A stretch of DNA of 64,000 bases, taken from Octopus bimaculoides (lineage: Eukaryota). The stretch's first letter is position 1. Each line of letters opens with the position of its first letter. The notes beneath the pieces are model-generated. The model was not told where the DNA came from and ran no database searches. It was given only the letters and a program-made list of their open reading frames with translations. The stretch spans positions 15,925,877 through 15,989,876 of the forward strand of contig NC_069000.1 of the NCBI RefSeq assembly GCF_001194135.2. Direction: 5' to 3'. Below are positions 23,297-35,959 of the stretch, one piece after another. Made by a program: the position numbers and the translations under genes.

Positions 23297-26200
23297 CAAA
23301 ATTAAGAGGAATGACCACTAAAGTGGACACCTAATATGCTAAACATAGACGTCAAATCGCCATTACCACAAAGAAAAATCTCAGCAAAACGCCAAAATGT
23401 TTCAGTTGGTCATCATCATCTACTAGATTTCAGCAATGGCTCTTAAAAAGCAATGGAAAGCTCAGAATGTACTTATGTTATACACATGTTATTTCTTTAT
23501 ATGGTAAGCACAAATGTGAAGATATGGTTCACTAAAGTTGAACATACTATAAAGGATGGCAACTGCCATGATTACGTCAATGAACTGCATGCTTCCAAAT
23601 TTATTTCTTTATTACCCATAAGGGGCTAAACAGAGTGGACAAACAAAGGGATTAAATCGATTTCATTGAGCCCAGTGCATAACTGGTACTTATTTAATCG
23701 ACCCTGACAGGATGAATGGCAGAGTCGACCTTGGTGGAATTTGAACTCAAAACAGAGCAGCAGATGAAATACCGCTAAGCATTTCGCCCAGCGTGCTAAC
23801 GATTCTGCCAGCTCGTTGCCTTAATTAATGCTTCCAAATTAAAAGCAATAAATCTTTCCATCTTCACATTGACAACAAAAGGACTAATACATGTTATTTC
23901 TCTACATGGTAGCATAAATGTGAAAATATGGTCCACAAAAAGGATGGCAATTGCCATGTTTATGTCAACGAGCTGCATGCTTCCAAATTAAAAGCATTTA
24001 ATTTTTCAATCTTCACACTGATAATAAAAAATCTAACTACAATTAGTTAGTTTTAAACACTGGAACATAACTGTCATGCTGTTATGATGGGAAGAGAAGA
24101 TAGATAAAAAGTGACTTACTTCTGGTGTTGGATAGGGTGTCTTAGAAAATGCCATAGAAATAAGAGTCACATCATGCGAAAGTGATAAGCTAATATTTCC
24201 TGAAAGAGAAAAAAAAACAACCAATTATTAGGGCTTGTAGCTGTATTCGTTAAACTGATTTCATCTCACCAATGTTCTGATTCAAAGAATTTACTTCAAA
24301 TTTTTAAGTATAGTGAGAGTATTATAATATTTTTGCATAATGGAATTTAAAAAGAAAAAAAATATTTTAGGAAAAATAAAGTTTAATCAATAAATTATTA
24401 ATTTTTACTCATGTTGTTATTTAGCCCTAACCATTAACCTATGATCAAGAGAAGTTCTAGCTATGGCCATCCTATTTTATAAACACTTTGTTATCTATGA
24501 CTCAAGATAACTTTATTTACCAAAAAAATGGTATTAGGATAAAAATAAACCTCCTTTTCTATAATGTTATTCAATAAAGCCACCTTCAGCTTCAACAACT
24601 GCTTCTATATGAGATCTAAATTATCTACAAGCTTAAATCAAGTGGTCCTCATTTCATTTTGGACATTTCTCTGACTATGGCAGCTTTCAAAGAATCCTTG
24701 GTGTTATGTGCATATTCATTGACCTCTCTCTCAATATAGACTCATAGGGCTGGTTTCCAGATCTCTGTGGCACATATACTCCCCCACTGGATGGGATGCT
24801 GGTCTGTCACAGGATTACTCATTTTTGTCAACTGAGTGGAGCAATGTAAAATGAAGCGTTTTGTTCAAGAACACAATGCGTTGCCTGGTCCAGGAATCAA
24901 AACCACAACCTTATAATCATGAGTCATATATAAACAGACATCATGTGAAAGCATATTTTTTTTTAAATATGAACAACTGGAGAAGTTAGCAAATCTTCCA
25001 TTAATTTGTAGTGTGGAGTTCAAGCCCTCACTTAAGTCAGAAATCATCATCACTTAATGTCAGTTTTCCTTGCTGGCATGGGTAAGATGGTTTGACTGGA
25101 ACTGGTAAACCAGAGAGCTGCACCAGGCTCCAGTCTGTTGGGGCTTGGTTTCTATGGCTGGATGTCCCTCCTAACACCAATCACTCAATAGTGTACTGGG
25201 CGCCTTTCACGTGTTACCAGCATAGGCCACAACTATGATTTCACTAAGTTTGAAATGTCTTCTCAAGCACAGCAAATTGCCAAAAGTCTCAGTCACTTAT
25301 CCTTGCCTCCATGAAACTCAACATCCAAAGATCATATTTCACCACTCGATCCTACATCTTACTCTTCCACAGGTTCTCTCAACAGTCACAGATTGGCGCT
25401 TCTTTATGCAGCTGTCCTTGTCCATAAGGAAACTGTTCCGAAGCATTTTACTGAAAGAGCCAGACTCTCCAATAGTTCAAAATACTATGCAATACCTTCA
25501 ACAGTAGAAACTCACAACAACCAACAATCACAAAATAAGACAATGTCAGTCTTAAAAACAACAATAAAATACAAAATAGGCATACTTATTTGATTCCAGT
25601 AATCATCTTTAGTATAATAGGTGTTCTCTGCATGATCTGATTCGCCATCTGAAAAAAAATACAGCATAAAATTCTGAAAATGTAGATACTATAGACATAA
25701 TTTATTATTATAATTCCAGCAAATCTGTCACAGTTTGCAAGATTAGATATACTTACATACATACATACACATAGATTGCAACTAAGCCTGGCATAGGTAC
25801 ACCAGCACTGCATGTTTGTTAATCTCCATTCAGCATAACTTATTGTCAGGAGTGAATAATGGAGCCTATAAATGGTTGGCTGATTTGATAAAAGTAGCCA
25901 AATCTTGGTCTGTTATCTAATGTCTGCATATAAAACATATATACATATCATATATATATGTATGTATGCTTTTTATTTTTGTGAATTTCTGGTTGCTTAC
26001 ATTCTATATATAAAATATATATATTAGGTCATCCCCTAAGTTCTGTCCGATCTTACCTTTTTTAAAACTGAATGAAATTTAATAGTAATTTAGAATGTCT
26101 AATGGAATTAAAAATTATTTTTATGCATTTGTGTACATTTACACTAATTAAATGTTATTTTACAGAATAATAGAATTAAAATTTCTTTGATTAAAACTTT

Positions 26201-28695
26201 TCTAACATGGAAGTAGCCAAAGAGCATTTGAATGACAGCAAAATATAGAAGCTTCCCAAAGAAGTTGGCCCCAACACTTCCAAGACGTTTTGGTGACTAT
26301 TCTTCAATGGTCTAGTTGCTGGTGTTATTTAACCTAATCTCAACTTGGAATCAGTAGGTACGTGATCAAACGTTGTGCCCATCCTGTCCTTTTTATCTAA
26401 ACATATATCTCGAGTACGCATTCTCTTCGTTTCATTTAAGACCATAAAGTTAAGGGAAATTTTTAGCAGATGGCATGACTGTGTTCAGGTTCTCTCACCG
26501 GTTTCTTACTCAACATCTTTGACTTCATTGTGTTCTGAATCTTTAATGCTTCTTTCAAATGTTATTACCCCGTGCGCATAAGCGAAAGCAGGGTATTGTA
26601 ATCACTCGTCTTTGCCTGTTAGCAAAATTACTGGAAAATGGCTGAATGGATTTTCACCACATTTGGCAGAAATACTCGTTGGGTGAGTGGCTTGAAATGA
26701 TTAATTATGTAAGCTTTAATAGATATGACCAGTAAATAATGTGTCTTTCCTCTGTAGGAATACAAAAAGTATTCAAACAGCTGCATATTGAAAGTTTTAC
26801 ATTTTAATATTGAAACAGGCTATATCTGGCTAAAATATTCTACCCGTTTTATGTTCAAACTAGCTGGATCTAACCTCTCACACCTATCCTACAATGTCAT
26901 TCTAAAAATATACAATCACATCATCAAAATATGAAGCTAAGAGGTAAGACCTGATTAATTGAAAACAATGTGAATAAATAGGTATTACATTTGATGGAGA
27001 AATCTGAATGCTAAAGAGTTAAAAGAATAGACAATATTTCACATGCACACTTTCTATTTTTGAAAGAAGCAACACTATCTTCTTTGGGTGCAGTTTCGAA
27101 TAAGCATTCAAAGAAATGAAACTGAAAGGTTGGGGGGGGGGGTATAAACTGGTTTGTTTATAATCACTGAGATTTTGTTAAAACAACAAATTTATCTACT
27201 TTAGCAATTATCCATTTTGGTCCAGTGATTCATAACTTTTAAATTAATCATATCGATGAAGGCTGCAATTTATCTATTGTCAACAGCTTGTGATGTAAAC
27301 AAAGCCGTCATGTAAACAAAGTGTATGTGTATACAAACAAAGATGCATGTGTGTGCAAGTAATACAGAGCATAGAAAAGAGTCTATAAGGGCGTTAGAAG
27401 AAAGTCCAAACACAAGGATAGTAAATACCAGTTCGTAGTTAAGGTACTGTAACAAGTCGAGGCTGCGTAACAGAGCCAGAGGAGAGGCACATGTCGTGAG
27501 AAGTTGTGGCTTCAATGCTGCTGCCAGTTACTTGATACAGGAGATCTCGCAGGTTGTATTCGCTGTTAACCATGGTGAAATAATTCACAAACAGTGTTGA
27601 GATAGAACCTGTGCGAGTGCTGTTGGTTGCTGTGTACGTAGCAAGAAGTTGGTGTTGACCCTAAGAAGCTGGAGGTCCGTAAGCTGCTGAACGAAGTGTT
27701 GGGTCTCCATGAGGCTATTGTCGTGTTTATTCTAGGTTGGTGTAGAGCCGTTTCGTTCCTGAGTGAATAGGCATGCCGCTAGAATACCAAAGGAAGCTTC
27801 GACCACATGTCGGGGTCGAGTTGGNNNNNNNNNNNNNNNNNNNNNNNNNNNNNNNNNNNNNNNNNNNNNNNNNNNNNNNNNNNNNNNNNNNNNNNNNNNN
27901 NNNNNNNNNNNNNNNNNNNNNNNNNNNNNNNNNNNNNNNNNNNNNNNNNNNNNNNNNNNNNNNNNNNNNNNNNNNNNNNNNNNNNNNNNNNNNNNNNNNN
28001 NNNNNNNNNNNNNNNNNNNNNNNNNNNNNNNNNNNNNNNNNNNNNNNNNNNNNNNNNNNNNNNNNNNNNNNNNNNNNNNNNNNNNNNNNNNNNNNNNNNN
28101 NNNNNNNNNNNNNNNNNNNNNNNNNNNNNNNNNNNNNNNNNNNNNNNNNNNNNNNNNNNNNNNNNNNNNNNNNNNNNCTTTAATTTCGTTTCATAGTCAA
28201 GATAGCGTTTATTTAATATGTAGAGTGTGTCAAAATATTAACATAGGAAAATGCTATATTTGTAATGAAAACCGTCTTAAACATAATCGACCGATTAAAA
28301 AGCATTTATTTAATGAAAATATTTCACTAACTTAGAATAAACACCTGTCAGACTAAAAAACACTCACGTATACAAATGATCGTATTTACATAAATATTCA
28401 GTTGGTTAAAAAAAAGTGAGGGGGGGGGAGAAGGAATAGGGTGTTCTTAGCATTAAATCAATAGAAATGAAGTGACAAGTATTTGAAAAATACATCTTCG
28501 TACATGAAAACATTCAACTCGTCTCAATTATGTAAAAAAATTGGCAGCATTTTTAATAAATGTGACCACCAACCACATGGTTGAGGGTTCATTCAGACTG
28601 CGTGGTACCTTGGGCAAGTGTCTTCTACTATAGCCTCGGGCCGACCAAAGCCTTGTAAGTGGAATTGGTAGACAGAAACTGAAAGAAGCCTGTCG

Positions 28696-28732
<37 letters not shown>

Positions 28733-29160
28733 CTGTCCCCTCCAACATCGCTTGACAACCGATGGTGGTGTGTTTACGTCCCCGTAACTTAGCGGTTCGG
28801 CAAAAGAGACCGATAGAATAAGTACTAGGCTTACAAAGAATAAGTTCTGGGGTCGATTTGCTCGACTAAAGGCGGTGCTCCAGCATGGCCACAGTCAAAT
28901 GACTGAAAACAAGTAAAAGAGAATAAAAGAGTAAGAAATTAGGAAATATATGATAATGTATACTCTACAAATATATGAAACGGTCAGAAGCTAAAACTTC
29001 GTCCATATGGTATGAGTTGCAAAGAAGATAAGCAACGTATATTAGTATACAATAAAAATAGATAGTTAAAGGTATATATACCTCGTAATTGAGAAACTGC
29101 CAATCCCAAATGGTCTATAACATCGTTAAAAACGTTTTCACTGTGCCGACAATATGCCAT
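15656..29160 (-). CDS. CCNDBP1: Cyclin D1-binding protein 1 (GCIP/HHM family) homolog, multi-exon
   Basis: Minus-strand exons 29082-29160 (MAYCRHSENVFNDVIDHLGLAVSQLR), 25586-25648 (GESDHAENTYYTKDDYWNQI), 24120-24199 (NISLSLSHDVTLISMAFSKTPYPTPE), 22944-23025 (..VSSFYMLPKTQ), 21309-21402 (LLLRDSFKKSTIELIEKV..), 20500-20570 (SPEMLYKTGIVWEHSDFFSSQPK), one unresolved exon, 17238-17543 (..DEWSEEDKTLLGPSQSLIK..LSPAVDQLGIALYPPM..), 16041-16087 (SEHLAEILRNFLNCL), 15656-15755 (SSHVTNEDDEQWLEFLLKAVEHNTEKIHSLTE*). Splice phases chain correctly except across the unresolved exon; motifs match the recalled human protein (YLLPKDQG, WSEDDQEL, SPSVDDLALSIYPPM, ASHV..W..LL.AIDH). Confidence 0.92.
16983..17177. 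mobile_element. Tc1/mariner-type MITE
   Basis: TIRs gagggggtgctgaaaagttcctgg / ccaggaatttttcagtgcccct; partial copies at about 16711 and 48524-48700. Ends about 60 nt from a CCNDBP1 donor site. Confidence 0.7.
19879..19940 (-). CDS. CCNDBP1: Candidate (partial) missing internal exon of CCNDBP1, running into the gap
   Basis: An exon with phase 1 in and phase 0 out is needed between 20500 and 17543. After catttcag, the phase-1 frame DSAAGLFLKGSLRELHSLTFS is open up to the N-gap. The acceptor is weak and similarity to the expected segment (DNKAAALLML..) is marginal, so the true exon may lie wholly inside a gap. Confidence 0.25.
23602..23827 (-). mobile_element. SINE family B with 13-bp target-site duplication
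   Basis: Flanked by atgcttccaaatt at 23589-23601 and 23828-23840. Confidence 0.85.
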
Positions 29161-29533
29161 GTTTTTCAGTAAATACACCTATATCTGAAGAGTAACACTT
29201 GAAAACATTATAATTATTTTCGGTTAGTCTGTCCTTTTTTGTCCCCTCTATGTTCAACTCCTTGTGGGCAATGAAGAAATTAGTATTTGACTTCAAATTA
29301 TATTCGATAAATAAAAATACTTTTAATCTGGTAAAGCTTTTTTTTTTAAAATGCATAAAATTATGTTGTTTAGATGTGAAATAAAAAGAAAATTATAATA
29401 TTAGTTATGCCTCCATATCGAACGTAAGTTAATGCACGTTCCCAGATAAAGGTGTCACGTGCTTAGCAGTTTAGTTCCTGCCATTAATTTCAGGATTCTA
29501 GTCTTGTTTCTCTGTTTTTAAAGTAAAGTTGAG
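29161..29533. promoter_or_regulatory. Bidirectional promoter region CCNDBP1 - PDCD5
   Basis: 373 bp between divergent ATGs; locally CpG-retaining near 29415-29600; GTCACGTG E-box at 29454-29461; a minus-strand acceptor (ttactcttcag) near 29184 suggests a 5' UTR intron in CCNDBP1 that holds a SINE tail fragment (about 29228-29282). Confidence 0.6.
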
Positions 29534-29754
29534 ATGGCTGATCCGGAATTAGAGGCTATTCGTGCTCGCCGAATGGCCGAGCTTCAGAGACAAAGCGGGG
29601 TAAGTTAAATCAACGAAGAAATTTAACATGTTACTTTTTATTTGAAAAAAAAAAAAAAATTATCGATTGGGCAAATGTCTTCTACTATAGCCTCGGACCG
29701 ACCAAAGCCTTGTGAGTGGATTTGGTAGATGGAAACTGAAAGAAGCCCGTCGTA

Positions 29755-29791
<37 letters not shown>

Positions 29792-32700
29792 GTTTATATG
29801 TATGTGCGTGTGTATGTTTGCCTGTCTATGTTTGTCCCCCCAACATCGCTTGACAACCGATGCTGGTGTGTTTACGTCCCCGTAACTTAGCAGTTCGGCA
29901 AAAAGAGACCGATAGAATAAGTACTAGGCTTCCAAAGAATAAGTCCTGGGGTCGATTTGCTCGACTAAAAAAGGCGGTGCTCCAGCATGGCCACAGTCAA
30001 AAGACTGAAACAAGTAAAAGAGAGAGAGAGAGAGAGAGCTATAATGCAGTATTTAGTAATAAATGTCAACTACTTCGACACTGCTTGTTTCAAATGTTGT
30101 TATTGTTTATCTCGACTCATATCAGTGACGAGCATTTCAATCACAACCGTCGCAATTTCTATATCTAGGATTACATTATCCAGTTTGTCATTATTACTCT
30201 TTTAAGTCGATAGGCTGCGATTTTTTGCAAGTCAATCGACGACGTAAAGGAGCCTCTCGTTAGTTCAGCGTGGTTCTAACAGTGATTATAAATGTGCAAA
30301 AAAAAAAAAAAAAAAAAAATGCTTGCCCAAATTATATTTTAACTATAAAATAATTTCTTTGATAGTCATTATAGATGTCTTTCTTTAAAAATTAAATGTA
30401 ACTGCAACACAGTATTTCATTGAATTCGTTGTCAACTTGTCTCAGTTAACTCTTTTCTAGCATGCCCTCGTGTGGATTTGATAAATTTGACAGTCTGTAT
30501 TGCACATTTAAATATCTAAGGCTATTTTTCTTGGAGTCTTTTAAAAAATTAATTATATAATTGTTGATACCATAATTGCATTGATATGAAAGCGGTGATT
30601 GATTCAAATGAATAATTATATACAAGCATCTTAGTTTACAATAGAAGAAAGGTGTATGAGATGATAGCGGCTCATAGATGCCTTTTTTGAACATCGTGTG
30701 GATGTAATATGAATACATTATAATTGGTTTAGTTTGGGTTAAGTTTTGTGCGTCAGACGCTTCTAGAAATATTGTCTTATGTTCTGTTAACAATAAGTAT
30801 AAATCTTTAAACACGATAATTCAGTCTTAATAGCTCATCGTAAATCCATTTAACCTGTTTATGCCAAGCACAGTTTAAAAAAAAGATTAAGCCAGCTACA
30901 TCTATTTTTACAACTGCGAGGAAATGTACATTTCGAGGAAGCTTAATAAGACCAGAACCTGTCAGAAATCGTCTCTCGTAACCGCTGAAAATAATATTTG
31001 TGAACGATTATTACTTTAGCTCACCACATAATGGTTTTTTGCTTTTAGTATTGAACTGTAAATCCTATTAAGTGTTATTACGTATATATATAAAACAGAC
31101 TTCTGTGCAGTTTCTACCAATAATTTCTGTTGGCTATATTAATCGACCTTAAACGACAGTAGAAGACACTTGGTGAAAGTGCTGTGCAGTGGGATTGAAC
31201 TCGGTTGTGAAACGAGTTTATTAGCTGTTGATGCTCCTGTTTTAAATATGTAATCACTCTCCTATTATTCTCTTCTCTCATTTGGGTCTCAGCAACAAAG
31301 ACTTCCAGTTACTCTATTCTGGCTCGATTTCCCTCTCTTATTCTTCTAAATATAGCTACTTCTTGCTTTGTTTTGGGTCTTCAAATCCTAATGGAATTGT
31401 AAGGGCACTGCTGTGATCTATAGTGCATCTATGGGATTTAAAATTGGATGAGTCCATCCCTGTCCAACTATGACCACTGCTGATTTCTTCCAGAGATAAA
31501 GAATTAACACCCCCAGTCTGGGACTGGTGCTTTATTTACCAAACCATATAGGATGGAAGACAGTTTCTCTTGAGGGGATTTAAACTCAGAAAACGGAGAA
31601 GCATAGGCATAGGAGTGGCTGTGTGGTTCCGGGTTCAGTCCCACTGCGTGGCACCTTGGGCAAGTGTCTTCTACTATAGCCTCAGGCCGACCAAAGCCTT
31701 GTGAGTGGAATTGGTAGNNNNNNNNNNTACTATAGCCTCAGGCCGACCAAAGCCTTGTGAGTGGAATTGGTAGACGGAAACTGAAAGAAGCCCATCGTAT
31801 ATATGTATATATATATATTTATATATATATATATGTGTGTGTGTCCCTCTAATATATCCCTCAACGTGGCACACTCAAAACAATGCCCCAGAGCACCCAT
31901 CTGGTTACTTCATTCATAACTGCACAAGTTAACATGTCTTGGCTCTGCTGATTCTACACAAAACCCTTTTGGTTTGTGATGTTTTAGCCCTGGGAAAGTT
32001 AGTTTTTATTCTACTTAACCATTGATTTTTTATTACCTGGGTGTGAGACATTTAAAAACTAAAAAGAAAAAAAAGTACAGAAATCTTAATTACAAAATTA
32101 AAAAAAAACAAACTAAGTAATGCTTATCAAACTATACACAGGCCTTCGACTTGTGACTGGTTTGATAAGTGTCAATGCATGAAACTCTTGGACCTTGAGT
32201 CACTTTGTTACCTCTGCTAAATATTAAAAATATACATATACTCATATTTTTTAGTTCTATTTTTCCTGTTTGCGTCAACATTCCTGTGTCATCATCATTG
32301 TTTAGCGTCCGCTTTCCATGCTAGCATGGGTTGGACGATTTGACTGAGGACTGGTGAAACCAGATGGCTACACCAGGCTCCAATCTGATTTGGCAGAGTT
32401 TCTACAGCTGGATGCCCTTCCTAACGCCAACCACTCCGAGAGTGTAGTGGGTGCTTTTACGTGCCACCGGCATGAAGGCCAGTCAGGCGGTACTGGCAAC
32501 GGCCACGCTCAAAATGGTGTATTTTATGTGCCACCCGCACAAGAGCCAGTCCAGGGGCACTGGCAACGATCTCTATTTGTAAACTATAATAAAGTAAATT
32601 TTAATATTCAAATTTTAATTTTAGCTGCAATATTTTAAGTAAAAAGTTTCTTCTTCTTTACTTTACTAGAAGTAATAGCTTGTCCTATACTTTTCCAGGT

Positions 32701-35700
32701 TTATAATCTTAAGAATATGACTTTTCATGCTCACATTTTTCCATGTAATGTACATATGCATGCATTTATATGTATTTATTTATTTTATTTACTTTCATTG
32801 TAGATGTCTAACAGTAATCACCGTAGTAAAGAAGAGACAGAACAGAAACTTCAGCAACAAGAAGAGCTGAGAAATTCAATATTGTCTCAAGTATTAGATC
32901 AATCAGCCCGAGCTAGATGTATGTATCCTCATATGAATTCCTTATTTAATTCTTAACTGAAAATCTTCATCACCATGCTTTATGACTGTTTTCTATGCTG
33001 GCATGTGTCGGATGGATTGGAAGATATTTTTCTCCAAGTTTAATTTTTGGCCTGGTTTCAATGGCTGGATGCCCTTCCTATAATACCACCCACTTTACTG
33101 CGTGGCACTAGCACTACAGAGGTTGCCTTGCTGCCAGTAAGACTAAAGAGCCGTCTGGGGTTCTACATTGTTGCTGCTTGAGTGCATTTTGTGGCGTCTG
33201 TACTAGTGAGGCTGCCTTTCATCTTGGAATGTTGCAAAGCAAAAGGGAGCCTCCCTCCCTTCCCATAATTGATTGAAGAAATTTATTGGGAGAGAATGGA
33301 AATGGGGAGATGTTGGGATGCGAGTAATGAAGATAGAAGGGAAAAGTAATGTTGGATTAGTGTAAAGGAGAGCAAGGACACAGTGGTAATGATAATGAGG
33401 TGGGTTGAGTAGGAGAACTTAAGTGATGAGATAGGTCAGTCTGTCTGCCATACAAGCATAATTTAGGCATGAGGAGATACAATGCTACTCCAGTTATATA
33501 TGGGTGAGTAGAGTGGTGTGTGTAGGAAAAAGATGATGATGATGTGCTGGGGATATCTTCAAGAACATGGTGACAAGAAAGTCAGGGTGGGTGAGTAGAG
33601 GTTATCGGAGAGCAGTCTCTCCTCACTCAAGTGTCATCATTTGAGAGTAATGAAGTCCTGGAGTCAATATAATAGACCATATCTGCCACCAAAATTTGTT
33701 ACCATGAGCTTATTGAACTAAATACTTGGTGAACATGATCTGTAGCCTGGTTTAATTTCATACCTGAACACAGCTTCATATTCAATAACATGCATGTGTA
33801 TATATTATAAATGCCAATTCTTAAAATCTGCCCTTTTTAACTTCAATCTTTGCAGTTTAATTCTTTCATGCTAGCATGGAAGGTAGACATTAAACGTTGA
33901 TGATGGAGAAAAGTGGATAAAAGACTCATCTATGGTTTTGAAGTAATTAATTTGTATGTTTGTATCCTGTGTTAGCTGTGATGTATAAGCATTATTTAGA
34001 AGGATTGCTTTAGTACTATGGTTAGGATGTCTGTCACGTTTACAGAAAATGTGGGTTCATGTCCCACATTTTATAAATAATAGTGAGTAGAATATTGGCT
34101 TCAAATTCTGGCACATGGCCAGAAATTGTGGGGAAGGGGCTAAGTAGATTGACCCTAGTGCTCAACTGGTATTTCATTGACCCCCCAAAAAGATGAAAGA
34201 CAAAGTTGACCTCGGCAGGATTTGAACTCAGTATGTAAAGCCAGACAAAATGCCGCTAAGTATTTTACTCAGCATGCTAACAATTTTGCCAGCTTGCTGT
34301 GGAATATTGGTGAAAAAAACTCCTTGGATGGAAAAAAAATTCTAAGCTATAACATTTCAGTTGTACTTGGAATTTGGAATATATACCCAAATGTTTGTAT
34401 CAGCTAAGTTTGTCTTACATCACGGCAATTTAACATTTTAATAAAGATTTATTTACCCTCCACCTCCAAAAAAAAACAAAACAAAACAAAAAGTCTGGTC
34501 ACCTTTCATAAACCTAAAGTGATGATTTTAACCAAAACATTAAATTTTAGTAATTTAGTAGCTGCTTTGATATGCTTTTGGTCTTTATATCCATAATCTA
34601 CTAAAGAGTCAACAGGTAAAATTCTTCAGAATGTTTTTTCTGGCCTAATGTTTTTCACAGTTAAACTGGCCAAAAACGGCTACCATAAACACAGGGCTAT
34701 TTTATTGCTCTGTCTATCTGTATGTTGTGTTTTAGATATGTTACTTTAGTTAACAGAATACGTTTCACTGCTTCTTTCAGGAAGAGATGTCTTATTAAGT
34801 TTCATAATTAATATACTAATACAATCTTTGAAAGTAAATTATTTTTAATGGTAGAACTTGAAGTAGGTAAAGCTATAAATAGTAGCATGCAGAATATTGT
34901 GTTAAAATCCCTTTGGATTGTAAAAAGTCAGGGTTTTTTTAACACTAATAGTCTACGTGCTGTTATTTGTAGCTTTATCTAATTTGAATTTTACTAAGAA
35001 AATAATTTACATTATAACTACTGTAATTTCTAAATTCTTGTATTCTAAACAACCTAATATCAAAGACTATAACTCTATAAGTGGAGATGCAATGGCCCAG
35101 TGGTTAGGGCAGTGAATTCGCAGTCATAGGATCGCGGTTTCGATTCCCAGACCGGGCGTTGGGAGTGTTTATTGAGCGAAAACACCTAAAAGCTCCACGA
35201 GGCTCCGGCAGGGGATGGTGGCGAACCCTGCTGTACTCTTTCACCACAACTTTCTCTCACTCTTACTTCCTGTTTCTGTTGCGCCTGTAATTCAAAGGGT
35301 CAGCCTTGTCACACTGTGTCATGCTGAATCTCCCCGAGAACTGCATTAAGGGTACACGTGTCTGTGGAGTGCTCACCCACTTGCACGTTAATTTCACGAG
35401 CAAACTGTTCCGTTGATCGGATCAACTGGAACCCTCGACGTCGTAAGCGACGGAGTGCCAACAATAACTCCATAAATCATCAGTTAACGTCCGTTCTCCA
35501 TGCTGGCCTGGGTTGAAAAGTTTGACAGGAACTGGCCAGCAGCCAAAATTCCATTCTGTTTTTTTTCTTGGCATGGTTTCTATGGTTGGATGCCGTTCCT
35601 AAGGCCAACCACTTTAGGGAACATACTGGGCGCTTTTAACATGGCACCAGCATGGGCACTTTTACATGGTGTTGGCATGGGTGCTTCTACATGGTGCTGG

Positions 35701-35920
35701 TATGGATGCTTATCCGTGGCACTGGCACAGGTGTTTCTACATGGTGCCAGCAAGGATGCTTTCACATGGTGCTGGCATGGACACACATGTAGCACTGGCA
35801 CTCACAAGTCTGGAAAACTAGAACCTCAGCTAAGTGTTAATGGAGTTTAATTAAATGATTCTAAATGTCAAACAAAACATGATTACATGTCCTCTACTAA
35901 AATATATATTTTCAATGCAT

Positions 35921-35959
<39 letters not shown>

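Noticed and set aside
27280-27824. GC-richer stretch with a minus-frame RHVVEASFGILAA resembling a Harbinger transposase motif, and LTR-like features
   Set aside because: The match is too short, frames are interrupted, and alternative readings (gypsy) are equally weak; probably a decayed TE that cannot be classified by eye.
31672-31773. Exact direct repeat (tactatagcctcaggccgaccaaagccttgtgagtggaattggtag) on both sides of a 10-N gap
   Set aside because: Typical unmerged contig overlap; assembly artefact rather than a duplication.
35081-35160. tRNA-like cloverleaf heads at the starts of SINE copies
   Set aside because: They continue into SINE bodies and lack complete tRNA structure; no bona fide tRNA, rRNA or snRNA gene was identified.
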